This document shows positions 51,904 through 62,979 of a stretch of DNA of 64,000 bases, in pieces (position 1 is the stretch's first letter; every line of letters starts with the position of its first letter). Source of the DNA: an uncultured delta proteobacterium. Its GTDB lineage: Bacteria > Myxococcota > Myxococcia > Myxococcales > Myxococcaceae. Under the pieces are notes generated by a model. It had not been told where the DNA came from. It saw only the letters and a program-made list of their open reading frames with translations, and made no database searches. Both the position numbers and the translations under genes were made by a program. The DNA lies in contig CAWCKH010000004.1 of NCBI GenBank assembly GCA_963796055.1, positions 2,016,001-2,080,000 on the forward strand, read 5' to 3'.

Positions 51904-52095
51904 GGCGCGTTCGGCCCGGACGCGGCGAAGGCCAAGCCCTTCCCCCCGGGAGCTTCGCCGTCGCTCCGGCCAAGATGAACCACTACGCCCCTGGCGAAGA
52001 CCGCGGCCATCGTGGACGTCGCGGCCATCGGTCCCTTTGCCCTGACCTACGTGAACCCGGCCGACGATCCGACCAAGAAGACCGCCACCAAGTGA
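51904..52095 (+). pseudogene. cupin-domain protein C-terminal remnant
   Basis: GAFGPDAAKA / ALPPGSFAVAPAKMNHYA / KTAAIVDVAAIGPFALTYVNPADDP* across two frameshifts; no N-terminus. Confidence 0.7.
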
Positions 52096-52138
52096 CCGGG
52101 CTGCCGGCCGCGCTCAAGCCGCACACCCTCGCCGGGAC

Positions 52139-53281
52139 TCAGGCCTCTGCCAGCACCCGGAGCAGCTGCTCTCCGTAGAGCCGCGCCCGCTTCTCTCCCA
52201 GGTACGGAACCCGCCCGAGCGCCTCGAGGTCGGGCGGGGGGCTGGCCGCGAGCTGCTCGACCAGCGGGTTGGGCAGCACCACGCTCGGGGTCACGCCGCG
52301 CCCGGTGGCTTTCGCGGCCCGGAAGTTCTTGAGCGCCTCCTCGCGCCGGCGCCGGCCGGGGTCGCGGGTGGTGGCGAATGGTGCCGGGAGCTCGCCGCGC
52401 TCGGCAGCCGCCCGGAGCTCGGTGAGGAGGGCCAGCACCTCGTCCCCGTGCTCCCGCACCACCTGGCCGCGCACTCCCTGCGTGCGCGACAGCGCCCGTC
52501 GGTCCCGGGGGGCCCGGGTCACCAGCTCCTGGATGGCCGAATTGGAGAGCATCCGTCCCATCGGCACGTCCGCTGCCTCCGCCCAGGCGAGCCGCAGGGC
52601 ATGGAGCCGCGCCCCGGCGGCGAGCTGGAAGGCCTGCTCCGCCGGGGGCAGGGTGCGCGAAATCTTCATCGCGAACGGCGCCACCACCGGACGGGCCACC
52701 GCCTCGTCGGTCAGCCGCTCGCAGTCGAGCTGCACCTCCTCGACGATGTCTGCCGCCTCCACCGCCGCGCGCACCAGCCGCCCCAGCTCGGTGAGGTAGC
52801 GCACGTCGTCGGCGATGTACGTCCGCATCTGCGGAGGCAGCGGCCGGATGGAGAAATCCGACTGCTGGTGCGCCTTGTCCAGCGTCACTCCCAGCCGTTC
52901 GGAGACCAGGTCCGCGAGCCCCACCTTGGGCCAGCCGAGCAGGGTGGCCGCGCGGTGGGTGTCGAAGAGGCCGCGCACCCGCACGCCCGCCTCGGCGAGG
53001 AACTGGAGATCTCCCTGGGCGGCATGGAAGACCTTGGTCCGGAGCGGGTCGGCGAACAGGCCGGCCATCGCCGAGGCCTCCACCCCGGGGGCCAGTGTGT
53101 CCAGCAGCCAGATGTCCCGGTCGGTGCCAATCTGGAGGAAGCACAGCCGGGCGCGGAAGGCGTGCATCGCATCGGCCTCCAGGTCCACGGCGAAGAGCGG
53201 GTCCGGCTCGAGCGCCCGGACCACGCCCTCTGTCCCGGGGGGGTCGGTCACATCGTGAATGGGTTGGCCGAAGGGCGTCAC
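52139..53281 (-). CDS. rnd: ribonuclease D (3'-5' exonuclease + HRDC)
   Basis: AVDLEAD, LCFLQI, KVFHAAQGD, LFDT, QQSDFSIRPL, YIADDV, two HRDC-like domains. Confidence 0.9.
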   Translation of the reverse strand: MTPFGQPIHDVTDPPGTEGVVRALEPDPLFAVDLEADAMHAFRARLCFLQIGTDRDIWLLDTLAPGVEASAMAGLFADPLRTKVFHAAQGDLQFLAEAGVRVRGLFDTHRAATLLGWPKVGLADLVSERLGVTLDKAHQQSDFSIRPLPPQMRTYIADDVRYLTELGRLVRAAVEAADIVEEVQLDCERLTDEAVARPVVAPFAMKISRTLPPAEQAFQLAAGARLHALRLAWAEAADVPMGRMLSNSAIQELVTRAPRDRRALSRTQGVRGQVVREHGDEVLALLTELRAAAERGELPAPFATTRDPGRRRREEALKNFRAAKATGRGVTPSVVLPNPLVEQLAASPPPDLEALGRVPYLGEKRARLYGEQLLRVLAEA

Positions 53282-53325
53282 GGAGGGTCGTCTTTTACAG
53301 CGGAGATCTCTAGGATGCCGGCCGC

Positions 53326-54123
53326 TTGGACACCGAATCACGCCTGGAGAAGAGCCTGCTTGGCCACGTGGGCCGGGCCATCGCCGACTTCGGCCTCGTG
53401 GCCGATGGCGACCGGATCATGGTGGGAGTATCGGGGGGCAAGGACTCGCACACCTTGCTGGAGCTGCTGCGCATTCTCCGGCGGAGGGCGCCGGTGCGCT
53501 TCGAGCTGCTGGCGGTCACCCTCGACCAGGGGCACCCGGGCTTCCCCGGGCAGCAGCTGGTCGACCATTTCGCTGCCCAGGGCATGCCGTTCCGGCTGCT
53601 CCGCGAGGACACCTACTCCATCGTCGTGGAGAAGACCCCGCCCGGCAAGACGATGTGCACCGTCTGCTCGCGCCTGCGCCGGGGCATCCTCTACAACGCG
53701 GCCGTGGAGCTGGGGTGCAACAAGATCGCCCTCGGCCACCACCGGGATGACGCCGCGGAGACGCTGCTCCTCAATCTCTTCTTCGCCGGGACGCTGCGGG
53801 GGATGCCGCCCATCCTCCGCTCGGATGATGGCCGGAACACCGTCATCCGGCCGCTCCTCTACGCCCCCGAATCGGAGATCGCCGAGTACGCCGCGCTGAA
53901 GCGCTTCCCCATCATCCCCTGCGACCTCTGCGGCACCCAGGAGCAGCTGCAGCGCAAGCGGATGAAGCGCCTCCTCGATGAGCTGGAGACCGAGATCCCC
54001 ACCGTGCGGAGCAGCATCCTCTCGGCGATGGGCAACGTGCGGCCGTCCCATCTCGCCGACCGGGAGCTCTTCGACTTTGCCGCCCTCGGCACCCTCCGCC
54101 TCCCAGAAAGAGACGCAGCATGA
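53326..54123 (+). CDS. ttcA: tRNA 2-thiocytidine(32) synthetase
   Basis: [34 protein letters not shown]. Confidence 0.95.
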   Translation: MDTESRLEKSLLGHVGRAIADFGLVADGDRIMVGVSGGKDSHTLLELLRILRRRAPVRFELLAVTLDQGHPGFPGQQLVDHFAAQGMPFRLLREDTYSIVVEKTPPGKTMCTVCSRLRRGILYNAAVELGCNKIALGHHRDDAAETLLLNLFFAGTLRGMPPILRSDDGRNTVIRPLLYAPESEIAEYAALKRFPIIPCDLCGTQEQLQRKRMKRLLDELETEIPTVRSSILSAMGNVRPSHLADRELFDFAALGTLRLPERDAA

Positions 54124-54947
54124 GTCCCGAGACCGCCGCTGCCGCCCGGATCGACCGCAACGCCGCCCTGGTCGAGGTGATGCTCCTCGCCGCGATGGCC
54201 GACGGCCAGCTCACCGAGGGGTCCATCCAGGCACTGCTCCGCCGCGTCCTCGAGCGGCCCGAGTTCGACGGCACCCGGCCCGAGGAGATCAGCGACCTGG
54301 TGGAGAAGAGCGTCAAGCGGCTCGCCTCCCAGTCGAGCCTGGAGTCCATCCTCCAGCGGCTCCGCGATCGTCTCCCCACCCACCAGAACCGGCTCCTGGC
54401 CTTCGGGCTCGCGGCCGCCGTGGCCCTCGCCGACAAGAAGGCTACCCGGGCGGAGCTGGGGCTGCTCAAGACCTTCCAGGCCGCCCTCGGCATCGCCGAG
54501 GACGAGGTGGCCGAGCTGGTGGACGTGGTGGAGTCCGGCCGGTCGCTGAACGAGGTCCTCGGTGAGCCGCTGGAGCGGCTCTACGCCGAGGTGATGGTGC
54601 TGGTGACCGCCGCCGACGGGAAGGTGAAGCCCGCCGAGTCCCGCGCGCTCATCGAGTCGCTGGCCTCGGACCCGCTCTTCCAGGAGATCGACGCCGCGCG
54701 GGCCCAGTCCTACCTGAGCGCGTCGGTGGAGGCGCTCGCCGAGCAGGGGCTGCCGGAGCGGCTCCGGGTGCTCGCCCACGGCCTCACCACCCATTCGCAG
54801 CGGGTACGCGCCTTCGGGCTCGCGGTGCGCATCGCCCAGTCCTCGGGCAAGCCGTCCGCGGCCGAGCTGCGCGTCATGGACATGCTGCAGGCCACCTTCG
54901 GCCTCGCCGACGACGAGGTCGCCCGGCTCCGGTCCGAGGTCGGCTGA
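54120..54947 (+). CDS. tandem TerB-like domain protein
   Basis: Two repeats ([11 protein letters not shown] / [17 protein letters not shown] / [15 protein letters not shown] / TFGLADDEV). Confidence 0.8.
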   Translation: MSPETAAAARIDRNAALVEVMLLAAMADGQLTEGSIQALLRRVLERPEFDGTRPEEISDLVEKSVKRLASQSSLESILQRLRDRLPTHQNRLLAFGLAAAVALADKKATRAELGLLKTFQAALGIAEDEVAELVDVVESGRSLNEVLGEPLERLYAEVMVLVTAADGKVKPAESRALIESLASDPLFQEIDAARAQSYLSASVEALAEQGLPERLRVLAHGLTTHSQRVRAFGLAVRIAQSSGKPSAAELRVMDMLQATFGLADDEVARLRSEVG

Positions 54948-54962
54948 AGGAGGAGAGCCCAG

Positions 54963-55793
54963 GTGACCGCCCCGCGCAGCGCCTTCCGGTTCGGCTTGCC
55001 CACGTCGCTCCCGGTGGCGCCCGCCCCCGGGGCCGCCGGCCGGCTCACCCGGGTCCTCTCCGGCATCGTGGGCCGCCAGGTCTCGGTGGTGACGTTCTCC
55101 GAGTACGAGGGCCTCACCGACGCGATTCGCCGCGGCGAGGTGGACGCCGCGTGGGCTCCCCCTCTGGTGGCGGCCCGCGCCGAGGCGCTCGGCGCCCGGG
55201 TGATGGCTCGCCCGCTGCGGCGCGGTTCGGTGCGGTCCCGCTCGGCGCTGCTGGTGCGGACCGACTCGAATCTGCAACTCGAGACGCTGGGCGGGAGCAC
55301 CGCGGCCTGGGTGGACCGGGCGTCGCTCGCCGGGCATCTCCTGCCGCTGGCCTGGCTCCGCGAGCGCGGGCTCGACCCCGGCCGGCTCTTCGGCCAGCAG
55401 CTCTTCCTCGGCAGCTACCAGGCCTGCGTGGAGGCGCTGCTCGGCGGTGAGGCCGACGTGGCCGCGCTCTTCGCCCCGCCCGAGGGGCACGACCTGCGGC
55501 AGTCCGTCGAGGAGGTCGCCCCGGGCCGCAGCGCCGACGTCCGGGTCCTCGCCTGCACCATGCCCGCGCTGCACGACGCCTGGCTGGTGGCCCCGCACGT
55601 CCCCTTACCGGAGGCGCTCCGCATCGAGCGCGGTCTGCTCTCCATCCGGGAGGCACCCGAGGGAACGGCGCTCCTGCGCGACGTGGTGCGGGCGGACCGG
55701 CTGGAGCGCGCGCCCGAGCTCGGCCACCGCGAGCTCTTTGCCCGCGGTCTCACGGATGTGACGCTTCCGTTACGCTCAGACACCTCCGCTTGA
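54963..55793 (+). CDS. PhnD-like phosphate/phosphonate-binding fold protein, no signal peptide
   Basis: GEVDAAWAPP, AAWVDRASLAGHLLP, FLGSY, GEADVAA. Confidence 0.75.
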   Translation: MTAPRSAFRFGLPTSLPVAPAPGAAGRLTRVLSGIVGRQVSVVTFSEYEGLTDAIRRGEVDAAWAPPLVAARAEALGARVMARPLRRGSVRSRSALLVRTDSNLQLETLGGSTAAWVDRASLAGHLLPLAWLRERGLDPGRLFGQQLFLGSYQACVEALLGGEADVAALFAPPEGHDLRQSVEEVAPGRSADVRVLACTMPALHDAWLVAPHVPLPEALRIERGLLSIREAPEGTALLRDVVRADRLERAPELGHRELFARGLTDVTLPLRSDTSA

Positions 55794-55831
55794 ACGGTCC
55801 CCAGGCGGGCTGCTACGTCCAACGTTGCACG

Positions 55832-56323
55832 ATGGGTCGACGCGGTCGCGGGTCCCTGCGCTCCTGGGCGGTGCCGAGCCTGATGGTGGGCGCCGTCGCC
55901 ACGCTCGTGGACATCGGCGTGCTGCTGGCCGCAATGCGCTGGATCCATGCCTCGAGCGCCGAGGGCGCGATGCTGGGGGTCGCGGTGGGGAGCACCGTCG
56001 CCTTCCTCGGCAACCGTCGGTTCGCGTTCCGCAGCGAGGCCACCGCCTGGCTCCCGGAGGCGCTGCGGTTCCTCGCCGGGACCGCCGCGGGCATGCTGGT
56101 GCACGCCGCGCTGGTGCGGACGCTCGCGGACGGAATGGGCGTACCGGTGGTGCTGGCGAAGCTCGTGGCCGACGTCTGCGTCTTCACCTTCGGGCAGCTG
56201 CTCCTCCTGCGCTTCTTCGTCTTCCCCGCCCGGCGAAAGCTGGAGGCGATCCGCCGCGCCCGCGCCCCGCACTGGGACGTGCCCGAGGCGGGCGGGGACG
56301 CCCCCGTCGCCCGGGTCGGCTGA
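55832..56323 (+). CDS. GtrA family membrane protein
   Basis: VGAVATLVD, AFLGNRRFAF, 4 TM, LRFFVF. Confidence 0.85.
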   Translation: MGRRGRGSLRSWAVPSLMVGAVATLVDIGVLLAAMRWIHASSAEGAMLGVAVGSTVAFLGNRRFAFRSEATAWLPEALRFLAGTAAGMLVHAALVRTLADGMGVPVVLAKLVADVCVFTFGQLLLLRFFVFPARRKLEAIRRARAPHWDVPEAGGDAPVARVG

Positions 56324-56326
56324 AGC

Positions 56327-56521
56327 TCAGGAGAGTGTCGGGCCGGCGTCCGGAGTGGGGTCGCCGGCGTTCGGCAGCAGCAGGATCGCCAGGGCGCGGG
56401 CCTGGACCTCGCTGTTGCAGCGGTACTCCTGCACCTTCCCGTTGGTCTCCACCCGGAGGATCCACATGTCCTCTTCCTGGCGCACCACGGGCAGCTCCGG
56501 GCTGTCGGGAGTCGGGTCCAT
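56327..56521 (-). CDS. small hypothetical protein (64 aa)
   Basis: ATG start, GC3 bias, core WILRVETNGKVQEYRC. Confidence 0.65.
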   Translation of the reverse strand: MDPTPDSPELPVVRQEEDMWILRVETNGKVQEYRCNSEVQARALAILLLPNAGDPTPDAGPTLS

Positions 56522-56632
56522 TCGCGTCGCCCTGAAGGGCGAAGCAGGGGCCGTGCCGGGACCCTGACCCGGTGATGACGGTGGGTTGCACCGCTCCCCC
56601 AGCGTTCCTGAATTGGCAGTCCGCAGCCGCTG

Positions 56633-58564
56633 CTATGCAAACTTTGCAGCGTCCGCAGGCTCGTTCCACTCCCAGGCGCTCCGGTAGCCGCCGAGCGCCT
56701 GCGCCCGCTCGACGAGCTGGGCGTAGAAGGGGTGACCGGCCAGGGTGGCGCTGTCGCCCACGACGAAGGCGTGGACCTTCGCCCGGGTGAGGACCACGTT
56801 CATCCGGCGCAGGTCGGTGAGGAAGCCCAGCCGCGCCTCCGCGTTGCTGCGGACGCAGCTCACCAGCACCGCCTCGGCCTCGCGTCCCTGGAAGGCGTCG
56901 ACGGTGTCGACCTCGATGCCGAGCGGCTCGAGGAGGGGGGCCATCCGCCCGGCCTGGGCTCGGTAGGGAGTGATGACCGCGATCTGCCTCGGTTCGAGAC
57001 CGGCGGCGAGCAGCGCGCGGGCCCGGGCCACCACCACCTCCGCCTCCCCCGGGTTCTCCAGGCTCTCGCTCCCCTCGGGCGCGACCTCCTCCCAGCCCTT
57101 GCCGGCCGAGTCGAGGAAGAGGAGTGGCGGGGCATCGAGCGACGCGCCAGGCAGCACGGTGGCCAGCGTCCGTTCCGCCACCGAGGGGTGCGCGCGGAGC
57201 TCGCCTCCGTAGAATGCGCGCGACGGCAGCTCCATGAGCGCGGTGTTCATCCGGTACTGCTCGCGCAGCATCTGGCGCACCGGTTCGCCATGGAGCGCGA
57301 GCAGCCGCTCGAAGAGGCTGGTGGAGAGTCCGCCCGTGGCTGCCTCCTGCGAGAGAATCGTCGGCGGGAGCTGGCGGTGGTCACCGGCGAGGACCACGCG
57401 CTCGGCGCGGAGGAACGCCAGGAGCGTCAGGGGCTCGGTGGCCTGCGTCGCCTCGTCGACCAGCGCGAGCGGGAAGCGGAGCGTGGACAGCGGAGGGCCG
57501 CCCAGCGCGGTGAGGGTCGCGCACAGCACGTCGGCGCGCTCGAGGACGTCGCGCACCGCCTTTCTCTCCAGCCCCCGGGCCTCGTCCATCAGCGCCCGGG
57601 CCTCGGCCTGCGCCGACCGGGCGTTGGCGAAGCGCTCGCGGCTGCGCCCCCGCTTCCGCTGCTTGCGGGCATGCCCGAGCAGCTCGAAGGCGTCGTCGAA
57701 CAGCTCGCGCGCGAGCGCGCGGTCCGGATGCCGCTCCACCTGCACGTCGAGGGTGTGCTCCACGAGCCGGGGCGAGACCCGTGCGGGGTGGCCCACCCGG
57801 ACGACCCGGAGCCCCTCGGCGAGGCAGAGCTCCACCAGGTGGTCCACCGCGGCGTTGCTCGCCGCGGTGCCGAGGATGCGGCCGTGCCGGGCGACGGCGT
57901 TCCTGGCCACGGCGGCGAGCACGGTGCTCTTTCCCGTCCCCGGAGGGCCGTGGACGCAGAAGAGATCCCGCGCGGCGAGGGCGCGCTCCACGGCGACCCG
58001 CTGCTCGGGATTGAGGGCGTCGGTACCGTCCGGGGGCCGCTCGGGCTCGAAGCGCGGCGGCTCCTTCCCGAGCAGCACGTCCTTGCGCCGCCCCGGAGCG
58101 CCCCGGTCCGCCGCTGCCACCTCGGCGACGGCGGCGTCGGCGCGGCCGAACGTCACGTCGTCCGCCACCAGGTCCAGGACGAGGCGTCCGCTCCGCACGA
58201 AGTCCGGCGGGGGGCGGTCGAAGGCCAGCTGGACCCGATCCCGCCCGCCGCTGGCGACGAGTGCGCGCTCGGGTGGCGCCACCTCTGCGCGCCGTGGGCG
58301 GGCCTCCACCACGTCGCCGGGGCCGAAGGGATTGCGCCAGGTCTGGCCGGTCGCCCGGGTAAGGGTGACCAGGAAGCGGCCGCCGAGACCGACGTCCTCG
58401 TCCCTGGCCTCGAGGTCGCCCGCGGAGAGGCCCAGCGACTCCCGCTCACCCTGGGAGAGCTCCGCCCGCTCTGCGGCGAGCCGCTGCTCCTCGGCACGGC
58501 GCTCGAGCGCGAGGAGCCGGCGCAGCTGCTCGAAGTGCTCGGGTCCGGGCGGAGCGGCGGCCAT
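56633..58564 (-). CDS. superfamily 1 helicase (Upf1/IGHMBP2/DNA2-like)
   Basis: LNPEQ, GPPGTGKS, SNAAVD, VDEATQ, GDHRQLPP, QYRM, ITPY, TVDAFQGRE, RMNVVLTRAK. Confidence 0.93.
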   Translation of the reverse strand: MAAAPPGPEHFEQLRRLLALERRAEEQRLAAERAELSQGERESLGLSAGDLEARDEDVGLGGRFLVTLTRATGQTWRNPFGPGDVVEARPRRAEVAPPERALVASGGRDRVQLAFDRPPPDFVRSGRLVLDLVADDVTFGRADAAVAEVAAADRGAPGRRKDVLLGKEPPRFEPERPPDGTDALNPEQRVAVERALAARDLFCVHGPPGTGKSTVLAAVARNAVARHGRILGTAASNAAVDHLVELCLAEGLRVVRVGHPARVSPRLVEHTLDVQVERHPDRALARELFDDAFELLGHARKQRKRGRSRERFANARSAQAEARALMDEARGLERKAVRDVLERADVLCATLTALGGPPLSTLRFPLALVDEATQATEPLTLLAFLRAERVVLAGDHRQLPPTILSQEAATGGLSTSLFERLLALHGEPVRQMLREQYRMNTALMELPSRAFYGGELRAHPSVAERTLATVLPGASLDAPPLLFLDSAGKGWEEVAPEGSESLENPGEAEVVVARARALLAAGLEPRQIAVITPYRAQAGRMAPLLEPLGIEVDTVDAFQGREAEAVLVSCVRSNAEARLGFLTDLRRMNVVLTRAKVHAFVVGDSATLAGHPFYAQLVERAQALGGYRSAWEWNEPADAAKFA

Positions 58565-58604
58565 GCCCCATCGTGCCAGAGACCGTTCTCTGCCAGCAGG
58601 CAGG

Positions 58605-59246
58605 TCAGGAGGCTGGCTCGGCGATCAAACCCTTCTTGCGCATGTCCGCGCCCACGGCCTTGACCAGGTCTTGCATGAACTGGTGGAGGTGCTCGGGGTT
58701 CGTGGTCTCGCTCTGCCCCGCCCAGATGAGCTTGTTCTGTTTCAGGTCGAAGACCAGCGTCTCCACGCGCACGATGGTGTCGGTCACCACGTAGCCCGGG
58801 CTGTACGCAGCGCCCCAGCCGTAGCCGTAGTACGGACCCCAGCCGGCGCCGTACGGGCCAGGCCCCATGTACGAGGGCGGGACGTAGGTCTGCTGCTTGT
58901 TCACCGCGATGGGACGCATGGCGACGAGCGCCACGGCGCCCGAGTCCCGGATGGCAGCGGCAGCCTTCTCCTTGTTGTCGACCTCATCCGTGGGGATGAG
59001 GGTGAACGAGGGGATTGGCCGGAGGCCCCGCTGCCTGAGCTCCTCTCCGAGAAGGTCCTCCCCCGTCCGGCGCGTCGTCTCCTCCTTGCTCATCACCATG
59101 GCAATCACGAGGTCGCCCTGCTTCACCGAGAGCGGCGCGGCGCCGGGCTCCTTCCAGCTGTTCACCAGCTTGGTGCTAGCGGTGCAGCCGGAAGACAGCG
59201 CGAGCATCAGGAAGGCGGTGGAGGCCCGGGGGAACCTCGGGGACAT
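58605..59246 (-). CDS. lipoprotein (DUF4136-like)
   Basis: Lipobox SSGC; Tyr/Gly-rich segment; FDLKQNKLIWAGQSET. Confidence 0.8.
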   Translation of the reverse strand: MSPRFPRASTAFLMLALSSGCTASTKLVNSWKEPGAAPLSVKQGDLVIAMVMSKEETTRRTGEDLLGEELRQRGLRPIPSFTLIPTDEVDNKEKAAAAIRDSGAVALVAMRPIAVNKQQTYVPPSYMGPGPYGAGWGPYYGYGWGAAYSPGYVVTDTIVRVETLVFDLKQNKLIWAGQSETTNPEHLHQFMQDLVKAVGADMRKKGLIAEPAS

Positions 59247-59342
59247 GGCAGCTCCTTGTCGTGTCGGGCCGGGACGCTGCCTGGGCTGGCGGCCGGACGC
59301 CAGCACCGCGAGATGGTCCCAAAGGGGTATTGACGCCGGAAC

Positions 59343-60190
59343 TCAGCAGCCGAGTCCACGAACGATGTAGAGCGAGCTGCTGTACCGCTTGTAGCTGAAG
59401 ACGACATGCCTGCCGTCAGGCGAGAGCACCACGCTTGCGAGCCTCGTCGGGTCTCCTGGGTCGGCGGGGGGAATGGTTCGTTCCTCCAGCACCTTTCCGG
59501 ATGTGGGGTCGACACGCCGGAGCTGTAAACCCTCGCCGACGGAACTGATGGCCCTGGAGACCCAGACCGTGCCGTCCGCTGACCACCCGCGAGGCACCAA
59601 GCCCTCGTTGGTCGCCCAGACGAGACGCGTCGATCCGTCTTCGAGCGAGACGACCACGAGCCGGGGCTTGGGGCTCTCACTTCCAGCAACGAGGTCGCCC
59701 TGCTCGAGTGCCGCCGCCCAGAGCCCATCCTGCGAGACGTGAAAGATGGGGCCCACCCCCACACTGGGGAAGGGGTCGAGTGCCGTGGCGCTCACACGGT
59801 TGGCGCGGAGCCGCCCCCGGCAAGGCGCTCGTGCGCAGCCGCGAGCCCGTGCGCGAGCTGTGCCGCCCAGTCGAGCGCGGTGCGCAGGGGGAGCCGCCCA
59901 CGAGCGAGCCGCGCCCGCAGTGACTCGCCCGTGAGCAGCTCGGTGACGAAGTACGGCGCCCCCCTCGTGCTGGCCGAACTCGTAGACCGCGACCAGATTC
60001 GGGTGGTTCAGCGAGCCGGCGAGGCGGGCCTCCTGCTCGAACCGCCGTATCAGGTCGGGGTCACCGGCCAGGGCCTCGTTGACGACCTTGAGCGCGATGT
60101 CCCGACCCAGCCGCGCGTCCCGCGCGCGGTAGACCTCGGCCATGCCTCCGGCGCCGAGGAGAGCCACCACCTCATAAGGTCCCACCTTAC
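59343..60190 (-). pseudogene. Ser/Thr kinase / beta-propeller protein remnant (N-lobe fused to C-terminal end)
   Basis: VGPYEVVALLGAGGMAEVYRARD..HPNLVAVYE, frameshift in C6 run 59959-59964, ends before HRD; then propeller-like tail LSPDGRHVVFSY..SSLYIVRGL. Confidence 0.8.
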
Positions 60191-60364
60191 GCCTGGGCCG
60201 AGGTGCACCGGCCGACTCTACGGCGAAGCGCCCGCGGGTGCCGGATCGAGCGCCAATTCGGGGATCTCCCGCGCGCTCGACAAACCTGCTTCGCCTGAAG
60301 CACAAGGACGGCTCTGCCGCGCCCTGGTTGCAGACCAGCCGGCGTGGGCCTTAAGGGCTGCCCC

Positions 60365-62480
60365 ATGCACCCGCCCGACCGCCCCAACCGACTTGCCGCG
60401 GAGTCGTCGCCCTACCTCCGCCAGCACGCGACCAACCCGGTGGATTGGTACCCGTGGGGCGACGAGGCCCTGCGGCGCGCGCGCGACGAGCAGCGGCCGA
60501 TTCTCCTCTCCATCGGGTACTCGGCGTGCCACTGGTGCCACGTCATGGCCCACGAGTCCTTCGAGGACCCGGGCACGGCGCAGCTGATGAACGCGCAGTT
60601 CGTGAACGTGAAGGTGGACCGGGAGGAGCGCCCGGATCTCGATCAGGTCTACCAGGGCGTGGTGCAGCTGATGGGCGGCCAGGGCGGATGGCCGCTGACG
60701 GTGTTCCTCACTCCCGACCTCGTCCCGTTCTACGGCGGCACCTACTTTCCGCCCGAGCCGCGCCACGGGTTGCCCTCGTTCGGGATGCTGCTCGACGCGC
60801 TGTCGCAGGCGTGGACCGAGAAACGCGACGAGGTGCTCTCCCAGGCCGGCGAGTTCAAGAATGGGCTCCGCCAGCTCGCGACCTACGGACTCGGCACGCT
60901 CGTCACTCCCGTGTCGGGCGACGACGTCGCGGCCGCCGGGAGGGCGCTGGCGCGCGCGCTGGACCCGGTCGAGGGTGGCTTCGGCGGCGCGCCCAAGTTT
61001 CCCAACACCATGGGGCTGGCGCTGCTGCTCCGGGCGTGGCGGCGGACCGGGAACGCGGCGCTGCGGGACGGGGCGCTGCACTCGCTCGATAGGATGGTGA
61101 CCGGCGGCATCCACGACCAGCTCGGCGGCGGCTTCCACCGCTACAGCGTGGACCGCTTCTGGCGGGTCCCGCACTTCGAGAAGATGCTCTACGACAACGC
61201 GTTGCTCCTGCACCTGCTCGCGGAGGCGCAACAGAATCTCGGCGCACGAGAAGTGGGCGGAGGCCGCGTCGGGGCTGGTGGAGTGGCTGGGGCGGGAGAT
61301 GACGGACCCGGCCGGCGCGTTCCACGCCACCCAGGACGCCGACAGCGAGGGGGAGGAGGGGAAGTACTTCGTCTGGAGCCCGGCCGAGCTCGAGGCGGTG
61401 CTCGGGCCCGAGGACGGCATGCGGGCCGCGTTCGCTCTGGGGGTGACGACGCAGGGAACCTTCGAGCACGGGCGTAGCGTCCTCGAGCGCCGGGTGCCAC
61501 TGGCGCAGCTGGTGCGGGCCTCCGGGAGCACGGAGGACGAGAGCCGGCGCTGGCTCGACTCGGTGCGCGCGCGGCTGCTCGCCGAGCGGATGAAGCGGGT
61601 GGCTCCGGGGCGCGACGACAAGGTGCTGGCCGGTTGGAACGGGCTGATGGTTCGCGGGCTCGCTTACGCCGCCAGGGTCTTCGAGCGTCCGGAGTGGGCA
61701 GAGCGGGCGGCCCGTGCCGCCGGCGCCGTGCTGGACCGGCAGTTCCAGGGCGGACGGCTGTTCCGCGTGCACCAGGACGGGACCAGCAAGGTGGACGCGT
61801 TCCTCGAGGACTGGGGTGGGCTCGCCGCGGGCCTGGTCGCACTCTACCAGGCGACGTTCGAGCATCGCTGGCTCGAGGCTGGGGTGCAGCTCGCCGACCG
61901 CGCGCAGGAGCGCTTCTGGGACCCAGAGCAACGGGCGTACCGGACCGCGCCGAGAGGACAGGCGGACCTCGTGGTGGAGGCCTACGCGCTGCACGACAAC
62001 GCCGTGCCGTCGGGCGCAAGCCTTCTCACCGAGGCCAACCTCGTTCTGGCCGCACTGACTGGCCGGCACGCCTACCTCGACCGCGCCGAGGCGTACCTCT
62101 CGCGGATGCGCGACGCGGCGCTGGCCAACCCGTTCGCGTACGGGCACCTCTGGTGCGCGGCAGACCTGCTGGCCGACGGTGCCCCCGACGTGGCTCTCGT
62201 GGGCACGGCGCGTGCCCGAGAGCAATTCCTCGCCCTGCTCGTCAGGACCTACGCCCCGACGCTCTCGGTCGCGGCCTTCGAGCCGGGGGCGGCGCCGACG
62301 GTGCTCTCGGAGATCGCCGAGGGGAAGACCACCGCCGGGGGCGAGCTGGCGGCGTACCTCTGCCGGAACTTCACCTGCACGCTGCCTCTGCGGTCGGTCG
62401 ATGCGCTGGAGGCGGAGCTTCGCCAGGCCAGGCTCGTGGCGCCGGCCAAGGACGTGGAGACGGTGGACGAGGAGGACTGA
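60365..62480 (+). CDS. thioredoxin-domain YyaL/SSP411 family protein; +1 frameshift at 61235-61236
   Basis: [71 protein letters not shown]. Confidence 0.9.
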
Positions 62481-62901
62481 CGGGGAGGGAGCGTGCCCCC
62501 GACTCGGGGGGCAGCGCTGATCCGAGGTCCACCGGGGGCGCCACGCCCGTTGCAGAGAGGGTTTCCCGAGCGCGCTTCCAGGATCAGTTTGGAACGGTCA
62601 GGGCCGAGGGGGTCCTGCGGGTGTCGGAAAGCGTTCCATCGGGTTACGGGAAGCGCGTACGCGAAGCTTCTTGGAATGCTCCGCAGGAGCGCGAGACCCC
62701 CTCTCGGGTCGACCGTTCCATTCTGATCCTCCATCGGCCTCCGCGAAACCGGAACCGGCGGCCGTCCTCGAGGACGTTCCGGGAGCGTCTCCCGCTGGAT
62801 CAGCCGGCGATCAGCGTCTGGGCCGGCCTTCTTCTCCGCGTTCGCCGGGTCCCGGACCTTTCTGGACGCAGGCCCCTGATTTCTCTGGCGAAGCTGCTCC
62901 A

Positions 62902-62928
62902 TGTCGATCAGCTCCGTGCTCGATTGTC
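62902..62928 (+). promoter_or_regulatory. candidate ECF42-type promoter
   Basis: TGTCGA-N17-TGTC about 50 bp upstream of the YciI-ECF42 pair; ECF42 consensus as recalled is TGTCGA / CGWC. Confidence 0.5.
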
Positions 62929-62979
62929 GCTTTGGCGGACGCTGACGGCATGGAGCCGCCTGCGCACAAGGAGAGAACG

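Noticed and set aside
55777..55787. CAGACACCTCC half-site of the REP at the end of the PhnD-like gene
   Set aside because: Only one arm present; too short to distinguish from chance
62249..62902. 217-aa minus-strand ORF upstream of YciI
   Set aside because: Overlaps the YyaL-like gene, atypical codon use, no motif; treated as non-coding or unrecognisable remnant
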